Source of the DNA: Candidatus Kapaibacterium sp. | GTDB taxonomy: Bacteria; Bacteroidota; Ignavibacteria; Kapaibacteriales; UBA2268 | Length of the DNA stretch: 64,000 bases | Assembly (NCBI GenBank): GCA_963665665.1 | Contig: OY762428.1 | Span: 4,992,001 to 5,056,000, forward strand | Direction of reading: 5' to 3' | In this document: piece by piece, positions 1-9,236 of the stretch | Numbering within the stretch: the stretch's first letter is position 1 | Layout: each line of letters opens with the position of its first letter | Notes under the pieces: model-generated | Told to the model about the DNA's origin: nothing | Database searches by the model: none | The model's input: only the letters and a program-made list of their open reading frames with translations | Made by a program: the position numbers and the translations under genes

Positions 1-290
1 AAACCCTCCCCGAAGGAGAGGGCTTTGAAGAAAAACAAGACGGCAACAGTATCAAACTTTGGTGATTTGCTTTGGACCCCTCCCAAACCCTCCCCGAAGG
101 AGAGGGCTTTGAAGAAAAACAAGACGGCAACAGTATCAAACTTTGGTGAATTGCTTTGGACCCCTCCCAAACCCTCCCCGAAGGAGAGGGCTTTGAAGAA
201 AAACAAGACGGCAACAGTATCAAACTTTGGTGAATTGCTTTGGACCCCTCCCAAACCCTCCCCGAAGGAGAGGGCTTTGAAGGAAAACAA
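1..290. repeat. 84-bp tandem repeat (about 3.4 copies, cut by the window edge); each unit is a REP-like hairpin plus two degenerate ~21-bp units
   Basis: Units start at 1, 85, 169 and 253 and are nearly identical. The CCCCTCCCAAACCCTCCCCGAAGGAGAGGGCTTTGA part recurs in reverse complement at 28079-28117 and 28437-28474. Confidence 0.95.
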
Positions 291-470
291 GGCAATAAAA
301 GAATAAACCATCGGTGTATTGCTTCTTACCCTTACAACTTCCCCCCGGCCCATTCCTTCGTAAGGAGGGGGAGTTAATCTTATGATATTTAATTTCTTAT
401 TCTATCATCACTGAGTCGGGGATTACAGGGGTGGTTTTCTTGATTTGCTTCAGTACAAGGCTGCAATGAT
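285..470. repeat. Dispersed repeat segment homologous to 44552-44735
   Basis: Shared colinear blocks: AACAAGG..AAT, CATCGGTG..TTGCTT, CCCCCCGGCC..TCCTTCG..AG.AGGGGGAGTTAAT..TATGATATTTAATTTCTTAT, TACAGGGG.GGTTTTCTT..TTTGCTTC. Confidence 0.85.
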
Positions 471-671
471 TTATGCTATCCGGATTTACAAAAGCGGAAT
501 CAGTCTTTTGTTTTTTGGGTAATGAGTTATTTGTAAAATTTTCACTCTGGTAACATTAATTGATATTGAATTAAAAATTATATAGCGTTCATAATATTGA
601 TAAGATATGGTTAATCCTGTTAATTTTATTATTTTCAATGAAATATTGAATTATTTTTTCAGATATAAATT

Positions 672-1439
672 ATGATGAAATTTAAACTGACAATAGTATT
701 ACTTTTATTTCCGATAATTATCCTTGCTGACGAGGCCGCTAATGTTTGCGAGTACCCTGAAATACCGCCAAAATACGATCCCGAAATGCTCGAAAACAAT
801 ATTATTTACCCCGAGTTCGCCCTGGAAATCGGGCTTGATGCTAAAGTAAGCGTGAACGTACTTGTGAGCGATTCGGGGAAAGTGCTGCAAACAAAAATCC
901 AGAAAAGCGATTATAAATTTTTTGAGTTTGCGGCAATTGACGCGGTTAAGAAACTTGAGTTTACTCCTGCGAAAATGGGAAGGAAAAATGTTACAGCATG
1001 GGCGCAGGTTGATGTAAAGTTTGATATTACGAACCACGGGAAATCTCCCCGCGAGAAAATGAAAAGTATTCTGTTTGAAGAACCCAGGCCGGGATTTAAA
1101 ATTCTGGAAGTCAGGCGCGGCTTTGGGGATGCTGTTCAATCCGGACAGAAAGTATATGTAAATTATACTGCCTACAAGGCAAACGGAGAGAAAATTTGTT
1201 CTTCATTCGACAGGTACAGGCCCGTATGCTTCCAGCTTGGCAAGAAAGAAGCCCTTCGCGGCTTGGAGGAAACTGTATTGGATATGCGTATTCGCGGCAA
1301 GCGCCTTGCGGTGATTCCGGAGTACTACCAGATTGGCGGAGAGATACCAAACATTCCGGAAAATGAAAACATCGGCGATATAATCGTTATGGTGGAACTT
1401 GTCCGCGCCGAGGATGTGGTGATAAAGATGAAGTATTGA
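672..1439 (+). CDS. Exported TonB C-terminal domain fused to an FKBP-type peptidyl-prolyl isomerase domain
   Basis: Signal peptide; TonB_C motifs IIYPEFA..V.VNVLVSDSGKV..FTPAK; FKBP motifs G..VYVNYTAY..NGEKICSS.DR..PV.F.LG....RGLEE.V..M...GKR..VIP. Confidence 0.8.
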   Translation: MMKFKLTIVLLLFPIIILADEAANVCEYPEIPPKYDPEMLENNIIYPEFALEIGLDAKVSVNVLVSDSGKVLQTKIQKSDYKFFEFAAIDAVKKLEFTPAKMGRKNVTAWAQVDVKFDITNHGKSPREKMKSILFEEPRPGFKILEVRRGFGDAVQSGQKVYVNYTAYKANGEKICSSFDRYRPVCFQLGKKEALRGLEETVLDMRIRGKRLAVIPEYYQIGGEIPNIPENENIGDIIVMVELVRAEDVVIKMKY

Positions 1440-1577
1440 GTTGTGGGGGATTATGATTATATCAAATAATTGATACTCCGGGCTTTTAAAGTAAATAATT
1501 ATCCGATAAAGTTTACTTTGCGAATGATTTAGATTGTACGCATTTTAGGAGTAGGGAATGGATTCAATAGTTGTTCT

Positions 1578-2030
1578 TTATGATTTTGAATATTGCTCTG
1601 ATTTCCATTTCAATAGAGAATTTATATCTAAAGCCGGCATAATATAACGGCCAAAAGGAAAATTGCCTGTTAAATTACTAATTTGCATACGAAGATTTCC
1701 GATGGCAATGCCAATAGCGGAGATTGATTTCAAATTTTTTTCCTCAGCTTTTTTTAGATCAGCAGCGTCTGGAATTGAAAATATTGTCAGACTTTCAGCA
1801 AATATCCTGTATCCGGCTTTTGGTTTAGACCCATTGTTTATTATTGCCTTTGAAAATACATGAAACTGAGTATCATTAATCTCCTTAACAAAGAAATCAA
1901 TATCAACGACATAATTAATAAAAATTTCGTCTATCGCGTCTTTTTCATCAATATCCTGTTCAACAACTTCTATGTTTGATTTTAAAAGGAAACTGTCAAT
2001 CATATTAAGCGGACTTGGTATCAGCTTCAA
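1578..2030 (-). CDS. SecB-like chaperone (third gene of a TAC module)
   Basis: 150 aa; SecB-like C-terminus AIGNLRMQISNLTGNFPFGRYIMPALD; GGAGGT just before a TTG start that overlaps the end of the antitoxin gene. Confidence 0.75.
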   Translation of the reverse strand: MKLIPSPLNMIDSFLLKSNIEVVEQDIDEKDAIDEIFINYVVDIDFFVKEINDTQFHVFSKAIINNGSKPKAGYRIFAESLTIFSIPDAADLKKAEEKNLKSISAIGIAIGNLRMQISNLTGNFPFGRYIMPALDINSLLKWKSEQYSKS

Positions 2031-2487
2031 AATAACCTCCGATATTACTAATTTCCGTACTATGAAAATATTTTTTTAGTCGATCTGCAGTTCTGTAGTT
2101 TGATCTGATTTTATATTCTTCAAATTTCACGATATTGGATGAAATATGTGATTTTTCATCAAAAGCATCTTTGTAGCAGCTTAATTCTTCATCCGTGCAA
2201 ACTTTAAATTTTATTCCCAATGCTTTCTGAATTTTCGCGAGGAATCTCATATTAATAGTTTTATCGCCTCGGAGAACCTGAGTAATGTAACTCGGAGATG
2301 AGTTGATTTTTTTTGCAAGCTCTTTCTTAGTAATTTTGTGTTCAATTAAATGAGTTTGGATAATCGAGATAAATTCAATCGAAATAACTCGGCTGTCATG
2401 CTCAATCTTTTCATCCTCAGTTTTAATTTCCAATAAATCAAGGAAAGCATTGCGGATTGCTTCATTATTCTTCAATTTCATGTTCAT
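2005..2487 (-). CDS. HigA-like XRE helix-turn-helix antitoxin with a C-terminal extension
   Basis: HTH ITKKELAKKINSSPSYITQVLRGDKTINMRFLAKIQKALG followed by a ~60-aa tail; ATG overlaps the end of the toxin gene. Confidence 0.8.
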   Translation of the reverse strand: MNMKLKNNEAIRNAFLDLLEIKTEDEKIEHDSRVISIEFISIIQTHLIEHKITKKELAKKINSSPSYITQVLRGDKTINMRFLAKIQKALGIKFKVCTDEELSCYKDAFDEKSHISSNIVKFEEYKIRSNYRTADRLKKYFHSTEISNIGGYFEADTKSA

Positions 2488-2863
2488 ACTCGCCAACTTT
2501 TCGAATTAATTTTTCTAATTTTTTGTCAATTTTATTTGTTTTTTTTCTTAGCACTAATTCTGTCATTACTATGTATATTATGCCGTTTCGTTTATATTCC
2601 TTGCAGTATATCCTTGCATTTTCCTGGCCTACAAAAAATCTTATTGCCCATACATCTTTTGTTAATTCGTCAATTTGTTCATGTTTATAAATATCCTTCA
2701 ATTGTCGTTTATTATTTACAACAACAACCTCGCAGAAAAATTTGAATTTTTTATTATGCCTGTCATTCTTAAAAAGGAACGAATAAATTTCTTCCGAATT
2801 GGTTTTATCAACACAAAGAACAATTTTTTTCGTTTTTAACAAAATTACTGCTTTCCGTTTCAT
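2465..2863 (-). CDS. RelE/HigB-like toxin
   Basis: 132-aa basic protein with a RelE-fold pattern VWAIRF..ENARIYC..IVM..L..KKT; toxin-first gene order. Confidence 0.65.
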   Translation of the reverse strand: MKRKAVILLKTKKIVLCVDKTNSEEIYSFLFKNDRHNKKFKFFCEVVVVNNKRQLKDIYKHEQIDELTKDVWAIRFFVGQENARIYCKEYKRNGIIYIVMTELVLRKKTNKIDKKLEKLIRKVGEYEHEIEE

Positions 2864-3156
2864 AAATTAAGCTATAGGTTAATTAATTCCAAGTTTTTTA
2901 TTTCCGGAATTCTCAGGAGAATCTCCAAATGTAATTGAATCATTATAATATAATATTTTCAAGTATATGAATAGTTATGTTATAAACAAATAATCAGCGA
3001 CAATTTTTTATAGTGTGCAAGTGTTTTTTTCAAATATTTATTAGTAGCATAAAAATAAAATAATTGTAATGACTTTTTTTTTAACAAAAAACAATTATTA
3101 CGTCATACGCTTTAATTATTTCCATTTCTTTTTTTTAGGGAAAATGTAATTTAATA

Positions 3157-3831
3157 TCATTTGTATAGTAATATGGTATACCAAACTACTGTCAAAACCA
3201 GAACTGCTGTCAAAAGCTGAGCTGTTATCAAAACCAGTGCTGCTGTTAGTATTATATTGATCCATTCCATTTTAAATTCCTTTAGAGGTAGTAATATCAT
3301 TGAATTAGGATGGTTATTAAAATATATATTTAAAGCAAGAATAATAATTATCGCATGTAGCCCAATGAATACCCAGGGTATATTCTTTTCAATATCGGTA
3401 AACAATTTACTTTTTTCTTTTTTTTGCCACTCAGATCTGAAGGGAGATATTGGTAGCTGTTCTTCCATTTGATATATAATTTTAAATTTTCTCAGGTTGA
3501 TTTCACTATATACTTTTACCAATCTCCACCAGAAACAACAAATAATAATAGCGGCAATTGAGAGGACTATTGGCAGCATTATTTCTGTATTCTTCCCAGT
3601 TATATACCCGTTAATACCAATAAGTGCGGTGTTTATCGTCAGAAAAAAGCTATTGGCTGTTAACCTCCGGTTACTGACCTTGTGGGTAGTACCAACGTAG
3701 GTTTTATACATTTCAAGAGTATGAGGATGGTAATTTTCTCCATACTCGTCCCTACTGCAATTGGTTTTCAAATCTAATTTTAAATCTTTCATAAGTAATT
3801 CCCGGTTAAAATGGTTGCAGAGTAGTATCAA
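3157..3831 (-). CDS. Small multi-TM membrane protein resembling the RipA-like octameric membrane effector family (likely start 3792)
   Basis: Motifs YK.Y......VS.RR..ANSFFLTINTAL and W..L...Y..IN..KF..I..ME..LP..PF..EW; several hydrophobic helices. Family recognised from memory. Confidence 0.6.
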   Translation of the reverse strand: MILLCNHFNRELLMKDLKLDLKTNCSRDEYGENYHPHTLEMYKTYVGTTHKVSNRRLTANSFFLTINTALIGINGYITGKNTEIMLPIVLSIAAIIICCFWWRLVKVYSEINLRKFKIIYQMEEQLPISPFRSEWQKKEKSKLFTDIEKNIPWVFIGLHAIIIILALNIYFNNHPNSMILLPLKEFKMEWINIILTAALVLITAQLLTAVLVLTVVWYTILLYK

Positions 3832-4007
3832 TCAAATTTTCCCCAATTAAAATGGGGATTTTTCTAATGGCCAGTAGTAATTATATTCATTGCCATTTCA
3901 TGTGTGTGTTTGTGAATTATCTGTTTGATTTTATTCAATACTAAGATAGAAAACGAATATGTTTTTTGCAAGGAAAAAAGTACATATTATTGCAGAAAAT
4001 GAAAAAA

Positions 4008-4040
4008 AATCATCCGATAATTTTTAGTTACCGGATGATT
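4008..4040 (-). terminator. Rho-independent terminator of the 1682-aa gene
   Basis: AATCATCCG..CGGATGATT stem next to an A-run (U-tract on the minus strand). Confidence 0.65.
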
Positions 4041-4062
4041 GAAAAATGAGATATTGCAATAA

Positions 4063-7000
4063 TTATTTCAGCACAACAACACGAAGGCTGTAGGCTCTTC
4101 CTGCATTGCTGTATCTCAGGTGGTAAACGCCCGAGGGAATATTAAGAGCACTTATATCAAGGCTGTATGAGCCTCGCTGGGCGTGTTGCTTTTCGCCCTT
4201 GTATATAATATTTCCAAGGTTGTCTGACAGTTCGAAACGGGAGAGGCCGCCGCCGGCTTTGTAAACAATATGTATGTTCTCAGAGGCCGGGTTTGGGGAA
4301 CAACTAAGACTAATCTCTTCAGGATTGTCGTTTATACCAAGAATGCTCCCCGGAGCGGCGTTCATAATTGTAATGGCATCCTGGATATATTTCAGTTGCT
4401 CGTTGAAGGCCTTGCCAACTAAGTTATGAACGTAGGAAATATCAAGTGTGTATTCATTGTCCGTTGAGGTGTTGAAATAGCGTATGTTTAGGCTTTCGTT
4501 GTCGCCTGCGCCGTCTTTTTCGGCAGTGGAGCGGTTATTGCCCCAGATAGTAACAACAGCTTTGTTATCAGCAACAACCGCGGAACCGACAAGTATGTTG
4601 TCATTTGTATATACCCCGATTTCGTCTCCGTTATTCAGTCCTGGTGATTCAATCACAAGAACTGAACTGTTACCGGTTTTGTCATTATATCCTGAATAAT
4701 GCAGCCCGGCAAGGGCGGGTTTGATCTTTCCGGACGGAGGAGCCACGGGCGCATTAGGGCCGTCGGGATAATAGAAATTATATATATTTATCTTAGATGC
4801 AATTTTGTATCCTTCGCCTTCGTTCATAGTACCAATCTGGTCTATTCCGTATTGAGGGAAGTATATCTCGCCGGCGCCGTTCTTCACCATTAGCAGGCTG
4901 TCAATCATTCTTGCCAGCGCTGTAGCCACCGGAAGCGAACCGTCTGGCAGGTAAGAAATCAAATACCACTTCAATCGATCGAAGCTCATACGGTATTCCT
5001 CGGGATCTGCTTTAACGCCCCGTAATACAAGCCAGGCATCTTCGTTCATATAAATCTGGTAACCGTTTGTAATATCCCATTCACTAATGGTATTAATATT
5101 TTCATCAGGATAATACACGCCGTCGTTATCGTCCTTCATATAATCCATTGGCTCACGAATATCGGAAAGCAGAGTTTCAATTTCAGTGGTTTCGCCCTCA
5201 AGATTCTGGCTTATCAAACTCCATTCAAGTCCGGGAAGGAAAATCCTGAGTTCTTCGAAAGTTGTAAATTTACTGAGAATACTGATTGCATCCTGCGCGT
5301 AATTGTCGGGCCCGGAAAGGTATTCCGCCGAGGCATTCATTTCTAATCCTTCGGCAGCATCCCAAACTTTGAACTTATATGTCTCTTCGCTTGCAAAGCC
5401 GTCTTTAAGTGCTGTCCTGACATTATCGCCCCATACTGTGATTGCCAGGTTATGGTTGTCAACCCATAATCCGTATCCAGCGCAAATCCATACGCCATCG
5501 CGGTCGTAGAATAATCCGATAGCATCGCGGTTCTGAACAAATCTGCCATTTACTTCAGGATTTATTGAATAAGGAACTACGATTACAGCGTTCTGGCCGG
5601 TTTTTGCAGTGAAACGCCAGGAAACCGGAACAGGGTAGTGTCCGCCGCGAATCCTGAAAAGATCATTGCTGTTATCATTAACAGTCGGGATTTCCGTATC
5701 TGTAATTCTTATACGGCATTCTGTTGACGGAGTATTGGGAATAACCCAGTTGTGCGATCCTATTGAAGCGTCAACATCATTTGCTATTGTGTACCATGTA
5801 ATACCATTATCATAAGTGTAATCAATATCAACTTTGTTAACGTTTATACTTGTCCATTTTATCTGATGAACATCGCCTACGTCGAGAACTTCAGCTCCAT
5901 TTGGATAACTGATAAGAATTCCCTCGTCCATAATAGTAAATAACCGGTCATTCTGATCGGTATGAATTGGCGAATCCAGAGCGCTTAGTTTAATAACACA
6001 CTGGCTGGATGCAACCTGCGGAACCGTCCACGCATAAGTTCCCGGTGCTGCGGGAGTGTTGGATATAATAGTTGTCCAGTTGTTACCCGAGTCGGTTGAA
6101 TATTCGATCTTAATATTATCAATACTGATGCTTTCCCAGGTGATATTTTGTGTTGTACCTGAAATCCATGTAGGCGCATCAACGGGATTGATTAATAACA
6201 GGCCTTTAATTTCGAAAACACCGGTAGTCTGGTCAGATATTGCAGAGCGTTCGGTATCCATAATTCTCAGCAGGCATTTGTCTGAAGGAGTGTTTGGAAT
6301 AACCCATGAGTATGCGCCAACGGTAGCGGAATATGATTCTTCCAGAATAATCCAGTTTGCGCCGTTGTCTGTTGAATAATCTATCCTGATATTGTCAACA
6401 CCTGCAGAGCGCCATGCAATTGAACTAACAAGGCCATAAAGAAGTTTTTCGCCACTGGCGGGATAAATCAGGTCAAGGCCGAATATTGAAAACTGGGCAT
6501 CACTGATATCATATATATCTTCAACATATTGGGGAGTTATCTTAACAAGACACCTTGTGCCGGGTGCTCTTGGCGCTGTCCAGGAATACTTCCCGAGAGT
6601 AGCATCGATATTCTGGGCAATAAATTTCCATGTGGCTCCGCCATCAGTTGAATATGATAGTTTTATATAATCAATTCTTTCACTTGTCCAGGTTATATCA
6701 TTTGTTGCACCCACGAACCATTGTTCGCCTCCGTTTGGCGAAGTTATAGTGATCTTCATGTTGGGATCAAATATTTTAAATACCGAAGCAGTTGTACTTG
6801 ATAATGTTGGGTCGGAATCGTCGAAAATCTTTATCAGACACTGGCTGGATGGCATATCCGGAACTGTCCATGACCATGAACCGGATGAAGCGCTTAAACC
6901 GCTGCCCTGGGGTATCCAGTTGCTTCCGTTATCTGTACTAAGCACAATGGAAATGGTAGTCACTAAATAGGAATCCCACCTTATTACCTGATTTGTAAGA

Positions 7001-9111
7001 ACTTCAAATTCTTCGCCACCTGCCGGATAGCTAAGATCAAGAACCGGAAGGCTTCCATCAAAAATCTCGAAAAGCCCGTCGCTAAGGCTTACTATTCCGC
7101 CGTTACTGCAATCATAAACCCTTATACGGCAATGCTGTGAGGTATAATTATTTACCGTCCAGGCAAAAGTTCCGTTTGCGGCAGGCTGATTAGCAGCGAT
7201 ATTTGTCCATGTTAGGCCGTTATCCGTTGTAAGCTCAATACAAACGAAATCAACATTGAATGAAGTCCAGGTAATGTTTTCTGTTGTTCCGGAAGGAATA
7301 ACTCTGCCGTCAAAATCTGCTGTCAGGTCAATTTCAGAGACATTTGAAATTGAGAAAGAAACTTCGTCGTAAACATCAGGGAAGCCGCTTTCATTAATTC
7401 TCAATATAATATCGGCTGATATATCCGGTATTGACCAGGGATAAATCCCAAGAGCCGCGTTTGCTGTGTTTACGATAGAAGTCCAGTTGTTTCCACCGTC
7501 AACTGAATATTTAATATCCACGTTGGAAATAATGGATGAAGTCCATGTAATATCATAGCTCTGATTCGCTTCGATTACGGCTCCGTCTGACGGGGCAGTA
7601 ATATCCAATCCTACAATGGAGAAATTACTATTGCTGTGTGATGTTTCCATTGTGTTCAATGGATTGGTTAACCTTACGCGGCAGGTTGTTCTGTGATTAG
7701 CCGGAACAGTCCAGTTATAGCTTCCGGCAGGAGCGCTGACACTGTTTTGGATTGTACTCCAGTTTGTACCGCCGTCAGATGAAAATTCAATATCAATATT
7801 TGCAATTGCGTTTGACGTCCATTCGATCGGATAGATCGAACCCGATTTCAGATGCTCGCCACCGTCAGGAGTTACAAGCGAAAGATTGTTCTGTGCTATC
7901 GTGAAAACGTCATCTGAAGCATCGAAAACACCGGGGTGATAATCTGATGATACTCTTACAAGTGCGTTATTTGTTAGCGTTGAAGGTATTGTCCAGTCGT
8001 ATAGAAGATTAGTAACCGGTACCGAGGCAACATCAATCCAGTTGGTTCCGTTATTGGTAGAGTATTGAATATTAATATCGGAATTTACATTAACATGTGT
8101 CCATTTTATCTGGTAAATACTTCCTGCCACAAGATGTTCGGCGCCGTTCGGCTGGGTAACGTTTATCTGTTCCTCAGAACCTGCACCGCCGTCAGTTGTT
8201 TTGAATACAGAACCATTTGATCCGACAGAGTAGAAAGTATTACTACCAGGGGAGGAAACGTCGTATAATATCTCATCTTCGCCAACATACTGTACAATCC
8301 AGTCAGAACCCGAATTGGTTGTTTTTGCCAAAGCACCGTCAAGAGCTGTGGCCATACCATTGGCATTCCCATTAATGAAACCGGCTGAGTAAAGATGTCT
8401 GTCAATGGGAAAATTGTAAGCCGACCAGTTTGTACCTCCGTTTGTGGTTTTCAATGCTTCACCGGACTCACCCAGAATAAAACCGACACTTGAACTGAAG
8501 AAGCCAATTGCGCGGTAATATTTGCTGCCATTTGATAGTTCAAGGGTCCAAGTGGAACCGCCGTCGGTAGTTTTAATAACCACTTCAGAACCGACTGCGT
8601 AGCCTGTTGTTGGATCGATAAAATTCAGGTCATACAAGTCTGCTGTAGTAGGGGAAGCGATTACATTCCAGTTTGTGCCGCCGTTTGTGGTTCTAAGAAT
8701 TGTGCCGTTCAGGCCAACTGCCAAACCCTGAATATTATTAAAGAAATGAACAGCATTCAATGTGTTTGTTGTACCGGAAGTCTGATCCGACCAGTTGAAG
8801 CCGGCATCGGTTGATCTCATTATCATGCCTGATTCACCGACAGCCCATCCGTATGTATTTCCATAGAAATAAATATCATTAATTGTGTTTGAACCACTTA
8901 CAGGTATCTGGCTCCAGTTACTTCCGGCATCGGTTGTCTGATAAAATGTTCCATACTGCCCGCCTGTAAATCCTCTTTCGGATGTAAGGAAAAGAACGGA
9001 TCGAAGAGAATTATCATTCGGGAAACTAAGTTTTTCCCAACCGGAATAAAGGCTCTGGCCTGCAATTATCAGCGCAAGAAAAGCTGTTAAAAATAGTTTT
9101 CTGAAGTACAT
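4063..9111 (-). CDS. Large T9SS-secreted protein: YCF48/BNR beta-propeller, ~9 Ig-like repeats, conserved C-terminal module, T9SS CTD
   Basis: Signal peptide; repeated TTDGG.NW; repeated P.GGE..Y.I.W..I.I.YSTD.G.NW..Y.W..P; CTD SPNPASE..SGVYHLR..VVVLK. Confidence 0.9.
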   Translation of the reverse strand: MYFRKLFLTAFLALIIAGQSLYSGWEKLSFPNDNSLRSVLFLTSERGFTGGQYGTFYQTTDAGSNWSQIPVSGSNTINDIYFYGNTYGWAVGESGMIMRSTDAGFNWSDQTSGTTNTLNAVHFFNNIQGLAVGLNGTILRTTNGGTNWNVIASPTTADLYDLNFIDPTTGYAVGSEVVIKTTDGGSTWTLELSNGSKYYRAIGFFSSSVGFILGESGEALKTTNGGTNWSAYNFPIDRHLYSAGFINGNANGMATALDGALAKTTNSGSDWIVQYVGEDEILYDVSSPGSNTFYSVGSNGSVFKTTDGGAGSEEQINVTQPNGAEHLVAGSIYQIKWTHVNVNSDINIQYSTNNGTNWIDVASVPVTNLLYDWTIPSTLTNNALVRVSSDYHPGVFDASDDVFTIAQNNLSLVTPDGGEHLKSGSIYPIEWTSNAIANIDIEFSSDGGTNWSTIQNSVSAPAGSYNWTVPANHRTTCRVRLTNPLNTMETSHSNSNFSIVGLDITAPSDGAVIEANQSYDITWTSSIISNVDIKYSVDGGNNWTSIVNTANAALGIYPWSIPDISADIILRINESGFPDVYDEVSFSISNVSEIDLTADFDGRVIPSGTTENITWTSFNVDFVCIELTTDNGLTWTNIAANQPAANGTFAWTVNNYTSQHCRIRVYDCSNGGIVSLSDGLFEIFDGSLPVLDLSYPAGGEEFEVLTNQVIRWDSYLVTTISIVLSTDNGSNWIPQGSGLSASSGSWSWTVPDMPSSQCLIKIFDDSDPTLSSTTASVFKIFDPNMKITITSPNGGEQWFVGATNDITWTSERIDYIKLSYSTDGGATWKFIAQNIDATLGKYSWTAPRAPGTRCLVKITPQYVEDIYDISDAQFSIFGLDLIYPASGEKLLYGLVSSIAWRSAGVDNIRIDYSTDNGANWIILEESYSATVGAYSWVIPNTPSDKCLLRIMDTERSAISDQTTGVFEIKGLLLINPVDAPTWISGTTQNITWESISIDNIKIEYSTDSGNNWTTIISNTPAAPGTYAWTVPQVASSQCVIKLSALDSPIHTDQNDRLFTIMDEGILISYPNGAEVLDVGDVHQIKWTSINVNKVDIDYTYDNGITWYTIANDVDASIGSHNWVIPNTPSTECRIRITDTEIPTVNDNSNDLFRIRGGHYPVPVSWRFTAKTGQNAVIVVPYSINPEVNGRFVQNRDAIGLFYDRDGVWICAGYGLWVDNHNLAITVWGDNVRTALKDGFASEETYKFKVWDAAEGLEMNASAEYLSGPDNYAQDAISILSKFTTFEELRIFLPGLEWSLISQNLEGETTEIETLLSDIREPMDYMKDDNDGVYYPDENINTISEWDITNGYQIYMNEDAWLVLRGVKADPEEYRMSFDRLKWYLISYLPDGSLPVATALARMIDSLLMVKNGAGEIYFPQYGIDQIGTMNEGEGYKIASKINIYNFYYPDGPNAPVAPPSGKIKPALAGLHYSGYNDKTGNSSVLVIESPGLNNGDEIGVYTNDNILVGSAVVADNKAVVTIWGNNRSTAEKDGAGDNESLNIRYFNTSTDNEYTLDISYVHNLVGKAFNEQLKYIQDAITIMNAAPGSILGINDNPEEISLSCSPNPASENIHIVYKAGGGLSRFELSDNLGNIIYKGEKQHAQRGSYSLDISALNIPSGVYHLRYSNAGRAYSLRVVVLK

Positions 9112-9236
9112 TATTAACCTCCCTGTGGTATAATCGCCATCATAGGCTTTATTTTTTCAATATTGTTTATCGATTTTAAGTAAATTGTATAATATTTATA
9201 ATTATCAATATATTAAGAGATATACTTGATAAATTT

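Noticed and set aside
25-306. 93-aa repeat ORF
   Set aside because: Product of the 84-bp palindromic repeat; no RBS, and the same DNA recurs elsewhere in other orientations.
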